Shown here piece by piece: positions 39,133-48,371 of a DNA stretch of 64,000 nt. Origin of the DNA: Sandaracinaceae bacterium. GTDB taxonomy: Bacteria > Myxococcota_A > Polyangia > Polyangiales > Sandaracinaceae. The DNA is taken from contig JBGAQA010000014.1 of NCBI GenBank assembly GCA_044220955.1, positions 1 through 64,000 of the forward strand, read 5' to 3'. Position 1 is the first letter of the stretch; every line of letters starts with the position of its first letter. The notes beneath the pieces are model-generated. The model was not told the origin of the DNA. It worked only from the letters and a program-made list of their open reading frames with translations, and ran no database searches. The position numbers and the translations under genes are program-made.

Positions 39133-39269
39133 GGAGTTCGTTCCGGATCCTGCGTTGCGCGAGCGGCGGGCGGTATTCGACGCCGCCGCTCGGCTGGCTC
39201 ACGACCGGGCTCCATGTACTACGTCACGTCATCGACGTCGAGGTGCTGGCATGGCCCGGTCGGGCGCCG

Positions 39270-39797
39270 TCAGAGCAGCGGATGGCACCGGTCGCGATCG
39301 GAGACGATCGGCGAGACCGGGTCGGGCCAATCGATCGCCAGCTTGGGGTCGTCCCAGCGGAGGCCGGCGCTGAGGTCCGGCGCGAACGGGGCACCCATCA
39401 GGTACGTGAGCACGGTCTCGTCCTCGAGCGTCTGGAATCCGTGCGCGAATCCCGATGGAACGAAGAGCGAGACGGGCACGTTCGCCGCGAGATCGACCGA
39501 GACCCACCGGTACCGCGTGGGCGATTCCTCTCGCACATCGACGACGACATCGTGGACCGCGCCGCGGACGCAGCTCACGATCTTCGGCTCTTGGCTGGGA
39601 GCTCTCTGGAAGTGCATGCCGCGGAGCGTGCCGCGGCGCGCGTTGTAGGACGTGTTCGCCTGATGGAGGTGGAACGCGTAGCCACGTTCCGAGAGCTGCC
39701 GCTCGCAGTACGTGCGAACGAAGTGGCCCCTGTCGTCGGCGATCGGCTCTCCGACGAGCAAGGCGGGCCCGGGGAGGGCGAGATCCACGATCCTCAC
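39270..39797 (-). CDS. rfbC: RmlC/RfbC-like NDP-4-keto-6-deoxyhexose 3,5-epimerase
   Basis: DDRGHF, GTLRGMHFQ, DVVVDVR and GFAHGFQTL. Start probably GTG 39797. Confidence 0.88.
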   Translation of the reverse strand: MRIVDLALPGPALLVGEPIADDRGHFVRTYCERQLSERGYAFHLHQANTSYNARRGTLRGMHFQRAPSQEPKIVSCVRGAVHDVVVDVREESPTRYRWVSVDLAANVPVSLFVPSGFAHGFQTLEDETVLTYLMGAPFAPDLSAGLRWDDPKLAIDWPDPVSPIVSDRDRCHPLL

Positions 39798-39891
39798 GAC
39801 CCACGCGTACACTCCGACCCGGTGGATCGCAACCGGCTCCCGTTGCGCGCGGGGTAGCGCCTTGGTAGACGGCCGTGCGTTCCGCGCCCTC

Positions 39892-41640
39892 ATGTCGTCC
39901 TCCGAGAACCTCCGCGTGCGCATCCTCGGCAGCCCGGTGAGGGTCGTCCGGTTTCTCGGCAGGGGCACGGCGGCCTGGTTGCTCGCCGGGGCGACCGGCG
40001 CGGTGATGCTCGGAGTCGTCGAACTCGGCATCGCCTTCTTCCTGCAGCTCTTCCTCCAGAGCCTCGGTTTACTCGGTGATCTCGCGACTCCGGGTCCGTT
40101 GCGGGACCTCGCGCTCGCGCCCCGGAGCGTGCTGCTCGTCCTCGTGGGCATCGGCGTGCTGCGCGCGCTGGGCCAGTTCGTCGTCGCTCATAGCTCGAAC
40201 GAGTCGATGGACCGGATCAACGCGCGGCTCCGGAAGATCGCGACGTACGACCTCCTCTACGATCCGCTGCGACGCCTGCCGTCCGCGGCGCGTGTGCACG
40301 GTCAGCTGAGCGAGACATTCCCGAAGGCGTCGCAGTTCTGCTTCCACACGACATCCCTGGTGTCCCAGCTCTTGCAAGTGGCGCTGCTGGTGACGTGGCT
40401 CGTGTGGTCTGCACCCGCCGAGGCATGCGCGGGTCTCGCGGGTCTCGGGATCGTCGCGGTGATCGTTCTCCGCGTCGGGCGCCACGTTCGGGCGCTCGGC
40501 GCGCAGGTTCCGATCGAGCACGTCGTGCTCACGGAGGGCGTGGAGCGGGTCGCTCGGAACATCTTGCTCGTGCGCGTTCTGCGTACGCAAGCCCGCGAGC
40601 ACGATCGCTTTCTCGCCAGCATCGATCGATACATGCGCCACTCCCTGCGTGCGGCACGCCTCGGGAACACCGCCATGGCCATGACGCCGTTCCTCGGCCT
40701 GGTCCTCTTGGCGCTGATCGTGTTCGTGAGCCAGGCGCTCGGCGCGACCTCGAGCCTGACGCTCGTCTCGTTCCTGTATCTGTTCGTCCGGCTCGTGCAG
40801 GGGCTGGCGACCACGGCCGCGATCTGGTCCGCGATGAACACGGTCGCCACGCAGTTCGCGTCGGCGCTCGCGTACTTCGAGTCCATTCCCGTGGCGCTTC
40901 GTGCCGAAGCCCTCTCGAACGGCCGACCCACGCGCGTCGCGTTCCCGGGCCCCGCGGACGCTGCTGCCCCGCGCATCGAGGTGCGCAACGTCGCGTTCTC
41001 CTATCCGGGGCGCAACGAGCCGATCCTCGCCGATCTGAGCTTCGAGGTGCCCGCCGGCACCCAGCTCGCGATCGTCGGCCCGAGTGGATGCGGCAAGAGC
41101 ACGCTCCTGTCCCTGGTGTTGGGCGTGCTCTCCCCCACGGCCGGGGAGATCCGGGTCGGCGGGCAGGAAGCGCGCGAGTTCTTCGAGCGATCGGACTCGC
41201 GCGTGGGCTACGTGGGCGCGGAGCCGTTCCTGATCGCCGGCACGATCCGCGAGAACCTCCACTATGGTCTGGCCGCCGTGAAGAGCGACCAGGAGTGCTG
41301 GTCCGCGCTCGAGCAGGCGCGGCTTCGCGACGTCGTGGAGAAGCTGCCTTCCGGCCTCGAGCATCCGATCCCGGAGGACGGTTCCGGTCTCTCCGCGGGA
41401 CAGAAGCAGCGCCTCTGTCTCGCGCGTGCGTTGCTCGCCCGCCCGCAGGTTCTGGTGCTCGACGAGGTCTCGGCGAACCTCGACGAGGCGACCGAGATGG
41501 AGGTCGCCGAGAGTCTGCGCGAGCTGCGCGGGAGGTGTACGACGGTGATCGTGTCGCACCGACATGGCATCCTTCGCTGGGCCGACCGGAGCGTCGACCT
41601 GGGAACCGGACACTTTGACCGTCCCGTGGCGGCTTCGTAG
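39892..41640 (+). CDS. Fused permease/ATPase ABC exporter (MsbA/PglK-like), candidate lipid-linked glycan flippase
   Basis: N-terminal TM domain, GPSGCGKS, LSAGQKQ, VLVLDE and SHR. Confidence 0.85.
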   Translation: MSSSENLRVRILGSPVRVVRFLGRGTAAWLLAGATGAVMLGVVELGIAFFLQLFLQSLGLLGDLATPGPLRDLALAPRSVLLVLVGIGVLRALGQFVVAHSSNESMDRINARLRKIATYDLLYDPLRRLPSAARVHGQLSETFPKASQFCFHTTSLVSQLLQVALLVTWLVWSAPAEACAGLAGLGIVAVIVLRVGRHVRALGAQVPIEHVVLTEGVERVARNILLVRVLRTQAREHDRFLASIDRYMRHSLRAARLGNTAMAMTPFLGLVLLALIVFVSQALGATSSLTLVSFLYLFVRLVQGLATTAAIWSAMNTVATQFASALAYFESIPVALRAEALSNGRPTRVAFPGPADAAAPRIEVRNVAFSYPGRNEPILADLSFEVPAGTQLAIVGPSGCGKSTLLSLVLGVLSPTAGEIRVGGQEAREFFERSDSRVGYVGAEPFLIAGTIRENLHYGLAAVKSDQECWSALEQARLRDVVEKLPSGLEHPIPEDGSGLSAGQKQRLCLARALLARPQVLVLDEVSANLDEATEMEVAESLRELRGRCTTVIVSHRHGILRWADRSVDLGTGHFDRPVAAS

Positions 41641-41650
41641 AGTCGAGGGC

Positions 41651-42673
41651 GTGAGTTCTCCTCGCGTGAGCATCGGCATGTTCGCGCGGAACAGCAAGCC
41701 GCGACGGTTCTGGGCGGCGTTCGAGTCCCTGCGGTCACAGACGTTCGAGGACTTCGAGCTCGTGCTCTCGGACAATGCATCGGACGCCGAAGCGGCGAGC
41801 CTGTACCGAGCGGCTGCCGCGAGAGACAAGCGGGTGCGGCTGCATCGATTCGAGCAAAACGTCGGGGCGCTCGACAATTTCCGGTACGTGCTCGGAGCGG
41901 CGCGCGCCCCGTATTTCCTCCCCGCTGCGGACGACGACGAGCGTGCGCCCACATTCCTCGAGCGGACCGTCGCGTTGCTGGACGGCGACCGTGACGCGGT
42001 GGCCGCCGGCTCGGGAGCCTGTCTCATCGACGACGACGGGAGGTACGTGGCCCCGGCGCGAATGGAGTCGCCCTACAACGCGCTGTCACCGCGGGTGCTA
42101 CGGCTGCTCCAGCTCTCCGCGCCCAACGCCATGATCGATTTCTACGGCCTTCATCGCACGTCCGTGATCCGTTCCGTCAAGGACGACGGGTTCGACGTCC
42201 CCGAGGGGTTTCGGGGGCTCGACTGGTTGATGATGATCCAGGTCTATTTGATGGGACGCGTCCTGCGCGCCGACGGAGAGCTGTTCCGATACCACGTCAA
42301 CGTCGTGCCTCGCGCGGCCGCCGACGTCGCGGGTCATGGGGCCACGACCCCGCGCGGGCTGCCGGGGGCGCGCGAGACCGCGCTGACGATCGTCCGGAAC
42401 GTGGACCGCATGCCGGTGCTCGAGTCGAGGTCGGAGGTCGCGCTGGTTCGGGCCGTCTTGCTCTCGATGTTCACCTGGCAGGGATGGCTCGTCTCCGATC
42501 GCCTCGCCAGGACGCGACGCGACCTCGATGCGTGCGTCGGCGAGAGCGACTACCTGCGCGCCGCGTGGCTCGGTGCTCAGTACGCGGCGCTCTCGCCGAC
42601 GACCCTGCTGCGCGCAGGTCCGTGGCGGTACCTCGCGAGACGTGTTCGCGGAGGTTCAGAGCCCGTGCCGTGA
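41651..42673 (+). CDS. GT-A glycosyltransferase, family 2
   Basis: PRVSIG, SQTFEDFELVLSDNAS, NVGALDNF and AADDD. Confidence 0.85.
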   Translation: MSSPRVSIGMFARNSKPRRFWAAFESLRSQTFEDFELVLSDNASDAEAASLYRAAAARDKRVRLHRFEQNVGALDNFRYVLGAARAPYFLPAADDDERAPTFLERTVALLDGDRDAVAAGSGACLIDDDGRYVAPARMESPYNALSPRVLRLLQLSAPNAMIDFYGLHRTSVIRSVKDDGFDVPEGFRGLDWLMMIQVYLMGRVLRADGELFRYHVNVVPRAAADVAGHGATTPRGLPGARETALTIVRNVDRMPVLESRSEVALVRAVLLSMFTWQGWLVSDRLARTRRDLDACVGESDYLRAAWLGAQYAALSPTTLLRAGPWRYLARRVRGGSEPVP

Positions 42674-42702
42674 GCGTGATCGAAGGCTCGTCGCGCCGGC
42701 CA

Positions 42703-43470
42703 TCACGGCGCCTTCCACGGCGCCTTCCCGGTCGACCACAGGTGTTCCAGGTAGTGCTTGTCGCGGAGCGTGTCCATGCACTGCCAGAACCCGTGATGGC
42801 GGTAGCCGGCGAGCTGCCGCTTCGCGGCGAGCGCCTCGAGGACCTCGGCCTCGAGGCTCGTGTCGTCGCCGCGGATGTAATCGAGCACACCGGGCTCGCA
42901 GACCATGAAGCCGCCGTTGATCCAGCCCTCACCCGTCTGCGGCTTCTCGGTGAAGCTGGCCACGCGGGGGCCGTCGAACACGACGCCGCCGAAGCGGGCC
43001 GGCGGCCGAACCGCCGTCACCGTCGCGAGCAAGCGCTGCTCTCGGTGGAAGGCGATCAGCTTCGTGATGTCGATGTCCGAGACGCCGTCGCCATAGGTGA
43101 CCAGGAACGTCTCGTCGCACAGGAGGTTCCGCAGCCGACCGACCCGGCCGCCGGTGAGCGTGTTCGTCCCCGTCTCCATCAGGTGGACGGTCCAGTCCTC
43201 GCATTCCGCGTCGTGCCCGACGATCCGGCCGGTCCGCATCTCCACCGTCATGCTGCCACTCAGCGAGTGCAGGTCGAGGAAGTGGCGCTTGATGACGTGG
43301 CCCTTGTAGCCCAGCGCGATGACGAACTCGCGGATCCCGTGCGCCGCGTAGCCCTTCATGATGTGCCAGAGGATGGGCTGTCCGCCGATCTCCACCATCG
43401 GCTTCGGACGAACCTCGGTCTCCTCAGCGAGGCGCGTGCCGAGGCCACCGGCCAGGATGACTGCCTTCAC
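42703..43470 (-). CDS. rfbF: Glucose-1-phosphate cytidylyltransferase
   Basis: KAVILAGGLGTRLAEET..PKPMVEIGG, TYGDG and FWQCMDTLRDK. Start GTG 43470. Confidence 0.95.
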   Translation of the reverse strand: MKAVILAGGLGTRLAEETEVRPKPMVEIGGQPILWHIMKGYAAHGIREFVIALGYKGHVIKRHFLDLHSLSGSMTVEMRTGRIVGHDAECEDWTVHLMETGTNTLTGGRVGRLRNLLCDETFLVTYGDGVSDIDITKLIAFHREQRLLATVTAVRPPARFGGVVFDGPRVASFTEKPQTGEGWINGGFMVCEPGVLDYIRGDDTSLEAEVLEALAAKRQLAGYRHHGFWQCMDTLRDKHYLEHLWSTGKAPWKAP

Positions 43471-43687
43471 GATCCACCTCCCTGCGTCGATAGGGTGCTC
43501 GCCGCGCCGACGGCGTTCAGGCCGGCCGACGTAGCACGACCTGGGCGCCGGTTCACTGCCTCGAGCGGCCTGGACGGGTCGACGGGGCCGCGGTACACCG
43601 CCGTTCCTCGCGCCCGATGAACCGCCACCCGCACGCAGGCAACGGTGCTTCCGCGCCCGCGAGGGCGGACGGAAGACGGTGCGAACG

Positions 43688-44671
43688 ATGACCTTCTGGC
43701 GTGACCGACCGACCTTCGTGACGGGCGGAACGGGGCTCGTGGGGGGCTGGTTGATCCGGCGGCTGGTGGAGGCAGGCGCGGACGTCGTCTGCCTCGTGCG
43801 TGACTGGATCCCGACGAGCGAGGTCGTCCGCAGCGGCACGATCGAGCACGTCAAGGTCGTCCGAGGAGACGTCCGGGACCAGGGGACGCTGGAGCGAGCG
43901 CTCGGCGAGTACGAGATCGCGACGGTGATTCACCTCGCCGCGCAGACCATCGTCGGCATCGCGAACCGCAATCCCGTCTCGACGTTCGAGACGAACGTGC
44001 AGGGGACCTGGGCCCTGCTCGAGGCCTGCCGCCGCAGCCCGACCGTTCGGCAGATCGTGGTCGCGTCGTCCGACAAGGCCTACGGCGATCAAACCAGGCT
44101 GCCGTACGACGAAGCGACGCCGCTCGAGGGCCGACACCCGTACGACGTCAGCAAGTCTTGCGCCGATCTCCTCTCGCAGGCCTACGCCACCTCCTACGGA
44201 ACGCCCGTCTGCATCACACGCTGCGGCAACTTCTACGGTGGTGGTGATCTCAACTGGAATCGGATCGTGCCCGGGACGATCCGCTCGGTGATCCGCGGCG
44301 AGCGTCCGGTGATTCGTTCGGACGGAAAGTACGTACGCGACTACTTCTACGTCGAGGATGGCGCAGCCGCATACATGCACCTTGCCGAGCGCATGAGCGC
44401 GGATCCCACGCTACTCGGAGAGGCGTTCAACTTCTCGAACGAGCTCGAGGTGTCGGTGACCGAGATCGCGGAGCGCGTAGTGCGGGCGATGGGGTCCGAC
44501 CTGACGCTCGACGTTCGAAACGAAGCGAGCAACGAGATCAAGCGGCAGAGCCTCTCCGCGGCGAAGGCGCGTGCTCGGTTGGGTTGGTCTCCGCTCTTCG
44601 ACCTCGACGAGGGGCTTCGCCGCACCATCGCTTGGTACCGCGGGCTCCTGGCGACCGGGGCCGCGCCATGA
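43688..44671 (+). CDS. rfbG: CDP-glucose 4,6-dehydratase-like SDR
   Basis: [32 protein letters not shown] and [12 protein letters not shown]. Confidence 0.78.
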   Translation: MTFWRDRPTFVTGGTGLVGGWLIRRLVEAGADVVCLVRDWIPTSEVVRSGTIEHVKVVRGDVRDQGTLERALGEYEIATVIHLAAQTIVGIANRNPVSTFETNVQGTWALLEACRRSPTVRQIVVASSDKAYGDQTRLPYDEATPLEGRHPYDVSKSCADLLSQAYATSYGTPVCITRCGNFYGGGDLNWNRIVPGTIRSVIRGERPVIRSDGKYVRDYFYVEDGAAAYMHLAERMSADPTLLGEAFNFSNELEVSVTEIAERVVRAMGSDLTLDVRNEASNEIKRQSLSAAKARARLGWSPLFDLDEGLRRTIAWYRGLLATGAAP

Positions 44672-45900
44672 CGACGGAGCCCTGCTGCCGTGGGTGCCAG
44701 GGCACGCCCCTGGCGACGGTGCTCGACCTCGGGGAGACGCCGCTCGCCAACTCGCTCCTGACGGAAGACGATCTGGCCGCCGTCGAGGCGCGCTTCCCGC
44801 TGGTCCTCGCGTTCTGCCCGAGGTGCGCGCTGGTGCAGATCACTCACTCGGTGCCCCCCGAGAAGCTGTTCCGCGACTACCTCTACTTCTCGTCCTTCTC
44901 GGACACCATGGTGGAGCACGCCAAGCGCGTCGCCGAGCGCCTGGTCGCCTCGCGGCGCCTCGGCCCCCAGAGCCTGGTGATCGAGATCGCGAGCAACGAC
45001 GGCTACCTGCTCCAGCACTATCTGGCCGCAGGCGTACCCGTGCTCGGTATCGAGCCGGCGTTGAACGTCGCCAAGGTCGCCATCGAGCAGCGTGGAGTCC
45101 GCACGCTCACCGAGTTCTTCGGCTCCGCGCTCGCCGATCAGCTGGCTGCGGCGAACGAGCACGCCGACGTCGTGCATTCCAACAACGTCCTGGCGCACGT
45201 CCCCGATCTGAACGGATTCATCGGCGGTGTCTCCCGATTGCTGAAGCCCGACGGTGTCTGGGTGATCGAGGCTCCGTACGTGCGCGACATGATCGAGCAC
45301 GTGGAATTCGACACAATTTACCACGAGCACCTCTGCTACTTCTCGGGGACGTCCCTCTCGCGCCTCTTCCACGGACACGGTCTCGAGCTCGTCGACGTCG
45401 AGCGCTTGCCGATCCACGGCGGGTCGCTGCGCTTGTTCGTCCAGCACCGAGGCAGCGCTACTGTGAGCGCTGCCGCACTGGCGCTGCTCGAAGAGGAGCA
45501 GCGGCTCGGGATGGACCGTCTCGAGTACTATGCGACGTTCGGCCGGGCGGTGAATGAGCTGCGCGTGCAGCTGGTGGCGTTGCTCGCGGACCTCAAGGCG
45601 CGCGGTAAGCGTATCGCCGCGTACGGCGCGTCCGCGAAGGGGAGTACTCTGCTCAACACGTTCGGGATCGGGCGCGAGACCCTCGAGTTCGCCGCCGATC
45701 GCAGCACCCACAAGCAAGGTCGCTACATGCCCGGCGTGCGTGTGCCGATCGTCCCGCCCTCGAGGCTGCTCGACGCGATGCCGGACTACACGCTGCTGCT
45801 GACGTGGAACTTCTCGGACGAGATCCTCCGTCAGCAGAAGGCGTACCGGGACGCCGGGGGGAAGTTCATCATTCCCGTGCCGGTTCCCCGCGAGGTGTGA
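44668..45900 (+). CDS. NDP-hexose C-methyltransferase (C3-methyltransferase family)
   Basis: Zinc site [41 protein letters not shown] and LTWNF. Confidence 0.9.
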   Translation: MTTEPCCRGCQGTPLATVLDLGETPLANSLLTEDDLAAVEARFPLVLAFCPRCALVQITHSVPPEKLFRDYLYFSSFSDTMVEHAKRVAERLVASRRLGPQSLVIEIASNDGYLLQHYLAAGVPVLGIEPALNVAKVAIEQRGVRTLTEFFGSALADQLAAANEHADVVHSNNVLAHVPDLNGFIGGVSRLLKPDGVWVIEAPYVRDMIEHVEFDTIYHEHLCYFSGTSLSRLFHGHGLELVDVERLPIHGGSLRLFVQHRGSATVSAAALALLEEEQRLGMDRLEYYATFGRAVNELRVQLVALLADLKARGKRIAAYGASAKGSTLLNTFGIGRETLEFAADRSTHKQGRYMPGVRVPIVPPSRLLDAMPDYTLLLTWNFSDEILRQQKAYRDAGGKFIIPVPVPREV

Positions 45901-45906
45901 CGCGCG

Positions 45907-47214
45907 TCAGGGTACGGTGACCGAGGCCCCGAAGCGGCCGAACGCCGCGTGCGCGCCATCGCTCCCGACGAAGAACGTGGCGCCAACGAGCGAGCCCGGG
46001 GTCCCGGTGATCGTGCCGTCGCCCGTGGTTGCGCCCGTGACCGTGATGGTTCCGGCGCTGGGTCGGACGACGAAGGTCATGGGCTGGCCGCGCGAGAACG
46101 TGAGCGAACTCGCGGCGCCCACGGTCGTGCTCCCTTGTGTGACGAGGATCACGCGGACCGTCGTCCCATCGGGCTGCAGCACGAGCTCGTTCGACGCATC
46201 GGACCCCAGCAGGGGATGGGGGAGGCCCGATTGAGTCATCTCGAGGGAGCTGCAGTCTGGCGCGTACACGATCGTGAACCCGCCCGTTGCCAGCTCGGGC
46301 GGCAGCGATGGGCCGCTGAACGCGAGCACGTCCGGTGCCCGGGTCATGGGGGAGGTCGTCGTCCGGATCACGGAGGAGGGGAACACGTCCTGCTCGAGCT
46401 GATGCAGATCCACGAAGAGACCGTAGCCCGATGGCTCGTCGAAGCTGTTCGTCGCGAACCAGGTTCCGCCCGGTCCGAATGCGCGGTCGCGTCGCGTCCA
46501 CGTGGTCGGTACCGGGCCGGACCACGCCTGGATTCGGTAGTCCGTGCGCCACTCGGAGCTTGAGCTGATGGCGCGGGCGTACGCGGAGATGCTGTGTGGG
46601 TTGGGGGCCACGCCGTTCAAGACCTGCCCCGCCGAGTACGTGTAGGGGCCGGCGGCCGTGCTGCGGTCGGCCTCCACGGCCGCGTCTGGGCCGGGCGCGG
46701 CGTCCGCCGTCACCGTCGCGGTGCCGGCAGACGACCAGACCGACGAATCCGTGATCTGACGGGACTGCAGCACGAAGTTCGTACGACTTCCTTCGATCAG
46801 AAGCATCGGACCGAGACCGTCCCCGCGGTCCTCGATCCTCCGGACGTTCGGCGGTGCCCAGGCCAGGAACGCCGTCGTGCCGTCCGTGGCCGGTCCCGTG
46901 AGGTAGCTACCCTCCGAGGCGCGACTGAAGGTGCCACCCGTGAAGAGGTCGAGTCGCGGGGAGCCGCCGGCGTCGTTCCCGCCATCGCTCCCACTGTCGG
47001 TCCCCACGTCGTCGCTGGCGTCGTCGCCCGCGTCGTCCACGATGCCCATGTCCTCGCCAGGACCTGCGTCTTCGACGCCCAGATCGAGCGCTCCGACGTC
47101 GGCCCTCGCGGCATCCCTGCCGCCGCCGAGTGCGCCGCGTGAGAGCGAGCATGCTGGGGAGCAGAAGATCAGGAAGGCCAGCACCGCCGCGGCCCCGCCG
47201 TCGCGATATCGCAT
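45907..47214 (-). CDS. Putative lipoprotein with Asp/Gly-rich linker and phage head-fibre-like beta domain
   Basis: Hydrophobic signal ending SPAC, a DAG/DxG low-complexity linker, then TFSRASEGSY..NVRR..LLIEGSRTN and a Thr/Ser/Gly-rich beta region. Confidence 0.65.
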   Translation of the reverse strand: MRYRDGGAAAVLAFLIFCSPACSLSRGALGGGRDAARADVGALDLGVEDAGPGEDMGIVDDAGDDASDDVGTDSGSDGGNDAGGSPRLDLFTGGTFSRASEGSYLTGPATDGTTAFLAWAPPNVRRIEDRGDGLGPMLLIEGSRTNFVLQSRQITDSSVWSSAGTATVTADAAPGPDAAVEADRSTAAGPYTYSAGQVLNGVAPNPHSISAYARAISSSSEWRTDYRIQAWSGPVPTTWTRRDRAFGPGGTWFATNSFDEPSGYGLFVDLHQLEQDVFPSSVIRTTTSPMTRAPDVLAFSGPSLPPELATGGFTIVYAPDCSSLEMTQSGLPHPLLGSDASNELVLQPDGTTVRVILVTQGSTTVGAASSLTFSRGQPMTFVVRPSAGTITVTGATTGDGTITGTPGSLVGATFFVGSDGAHAAFGRFGASVTVP

Positions 47215-47223
47215 GCGCGGAGC

Positions 47224-48363
47224 CTAACAGAAACGCGCATGCGTCGAGGCGTTCGAGCGCTCCAGCTCGTCGTACAGCCGTACGTAGTACTGGGCCATCG
47301 CTTCGATCGAGAACCGCACACGGAGCAGGCCGCGCATCGCGGCGATGCGGCGCGCACGTTCGGCCGGGGCGACAGACAGGGCGGCGTCGCACGCGCCCAC
47401 GAGATCCTCCACGGAGAAGTCACGCGGAACGAAGAAGCCGACGTCCTCGGTGACCAACTTCCGCGTCGTGCCGACATCCGTGACGACCGGGATGCAGCCC
47501 GCGGCCATGGCTTCGAGCAGACTCTTCGACGGGTAGTTGTTCTGGCGCTGGAGCGACAGGAACACGCTGGCGCGCTCGAGAACGCGCTGCGGGTTCGGCT
47601 CGAGCCTCGCGCTCACGTCGAGGCGCGGGTGGAGCGCGCGCAGGATCGGCGTCATCGGTGGCGCGTCGCTGTCCCGGCCCATGAAGAGGTATCGCACGCT
47701 CGTGTGACCCAGCGCTTTCAGGCGCGCGTCGATCTCGGGCAGCTGTTCGGCGAGCCGATAGATGCCCTTCTCGCGCGTGAAAGTCCCCGAGAAAGCGATG
47801 GAGCCATCGCGCACCCCGTCTTCGGCGGGCGCGAAGAGGTCGAGGTCCACGTAGCTGCCGGGGGTCACTCGGAACCGCCCGGCGAGCCATGGCAGACGCT
47901 CTGCAACCGCGTCGCGGACACGCTCGTCGAGGAAGTCGGTCCTGTGCGCCAGGGCACATCCGACGTACACCATCGACCGCCCGCGCCAGTTGTAGAGCGA
48001 GAGATCCGAGAGCGGGACCGTGAACAGCGTCCGCGAGGCGTGGAGCCGCAGTCCCAGCTGCGGCGGGAGCAGCACGAAGTGGAAGATCGCCCCCGGATCC
48101 GCTCGCGCGAGCCGCCAGACGGTCGCGACGAGCGCCCGATCGATCGTCCCGCCGCCACTCTCGAACGTGTGGATCCCCTCGCCCAGCCTTCCGACATCGG
48201 CGAGCTCTTGCGTGTTGCGAGCCCGGTCAGCGAGCCCCCGCGGACAGACGAGCTCCAGCGGCCACGCGCGTTGCCGTCGCACATGGAGAAATAGGCCCAG
48301 GAAGCGCTTCTCGGCGCCGCCGAGCGCATCCGTCGAGATCACGATGTAGGTCCGGCGTCCCAC
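47224..48363 (-). CDS. GT-B glycosyltransferase
   Basis: GGAEKR, FSG..EKG and NYPSKSLLEAMAAG..TDVG. Start probably GTG 48363; the longer ORF overlaps upstream genes. Confidence 0.82.
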   Translation of the reverse strand: MGRRTYIVISTDALGGAEKRFLGLFLHVRRQRAWPLELVCPRGLADRARNTQELADVGRLGEGIHTFESGGGTIDRALVATVWRLARADPGAIFHFVLLPPQLGLRLHASRTLFTVPLSDLSLYNWRGRSMVYVGCALAHRTDFLDERVRDAVAERLPWLAGRFRVTPGSYVDLDLFAPAEDGVRDGSIAFSGTFTREKGIYRLAEQLPEIDARLKALGHTSVRYLFMGRDSDAPPMTPILRALHPRLDVSARLEPNPQRVLERASVFLSLQRQNNYPSKSLLEAMAAGCIPVVTDVGTTRKLVTEDVGFFVPRDFSVEDLVGACDAALSVAPAERARRIAAMRGLLRVRFSIEAMAQYYVRLYDELERSNASTHARFC

Positions 48364-48371
48364 GGGCGGGG

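Noticed and set aside
39850..39862. ops/JUMPstart-like element (CGGGGTAGCG) before the ABC gene
   Set aside because: Imperfect match to GGCGGTAG, likely by chance at this GC content, and no RfaH/NusG paralog in the window.
37224..45900. Antibiotic (cephamycin or glycosylated polyketide) gene cluster
   Set aside because: No NRPS, PKS or other scaffold genes. CmcI-family and C-methyltransferase genes also occur in surface glycan loci.
45907..47214. Prophage remnant
   Set aside because: A single phage-like domain with a host-type lipoprotein signal. No capsid, terminase, integrase or att-like repeats were seen.
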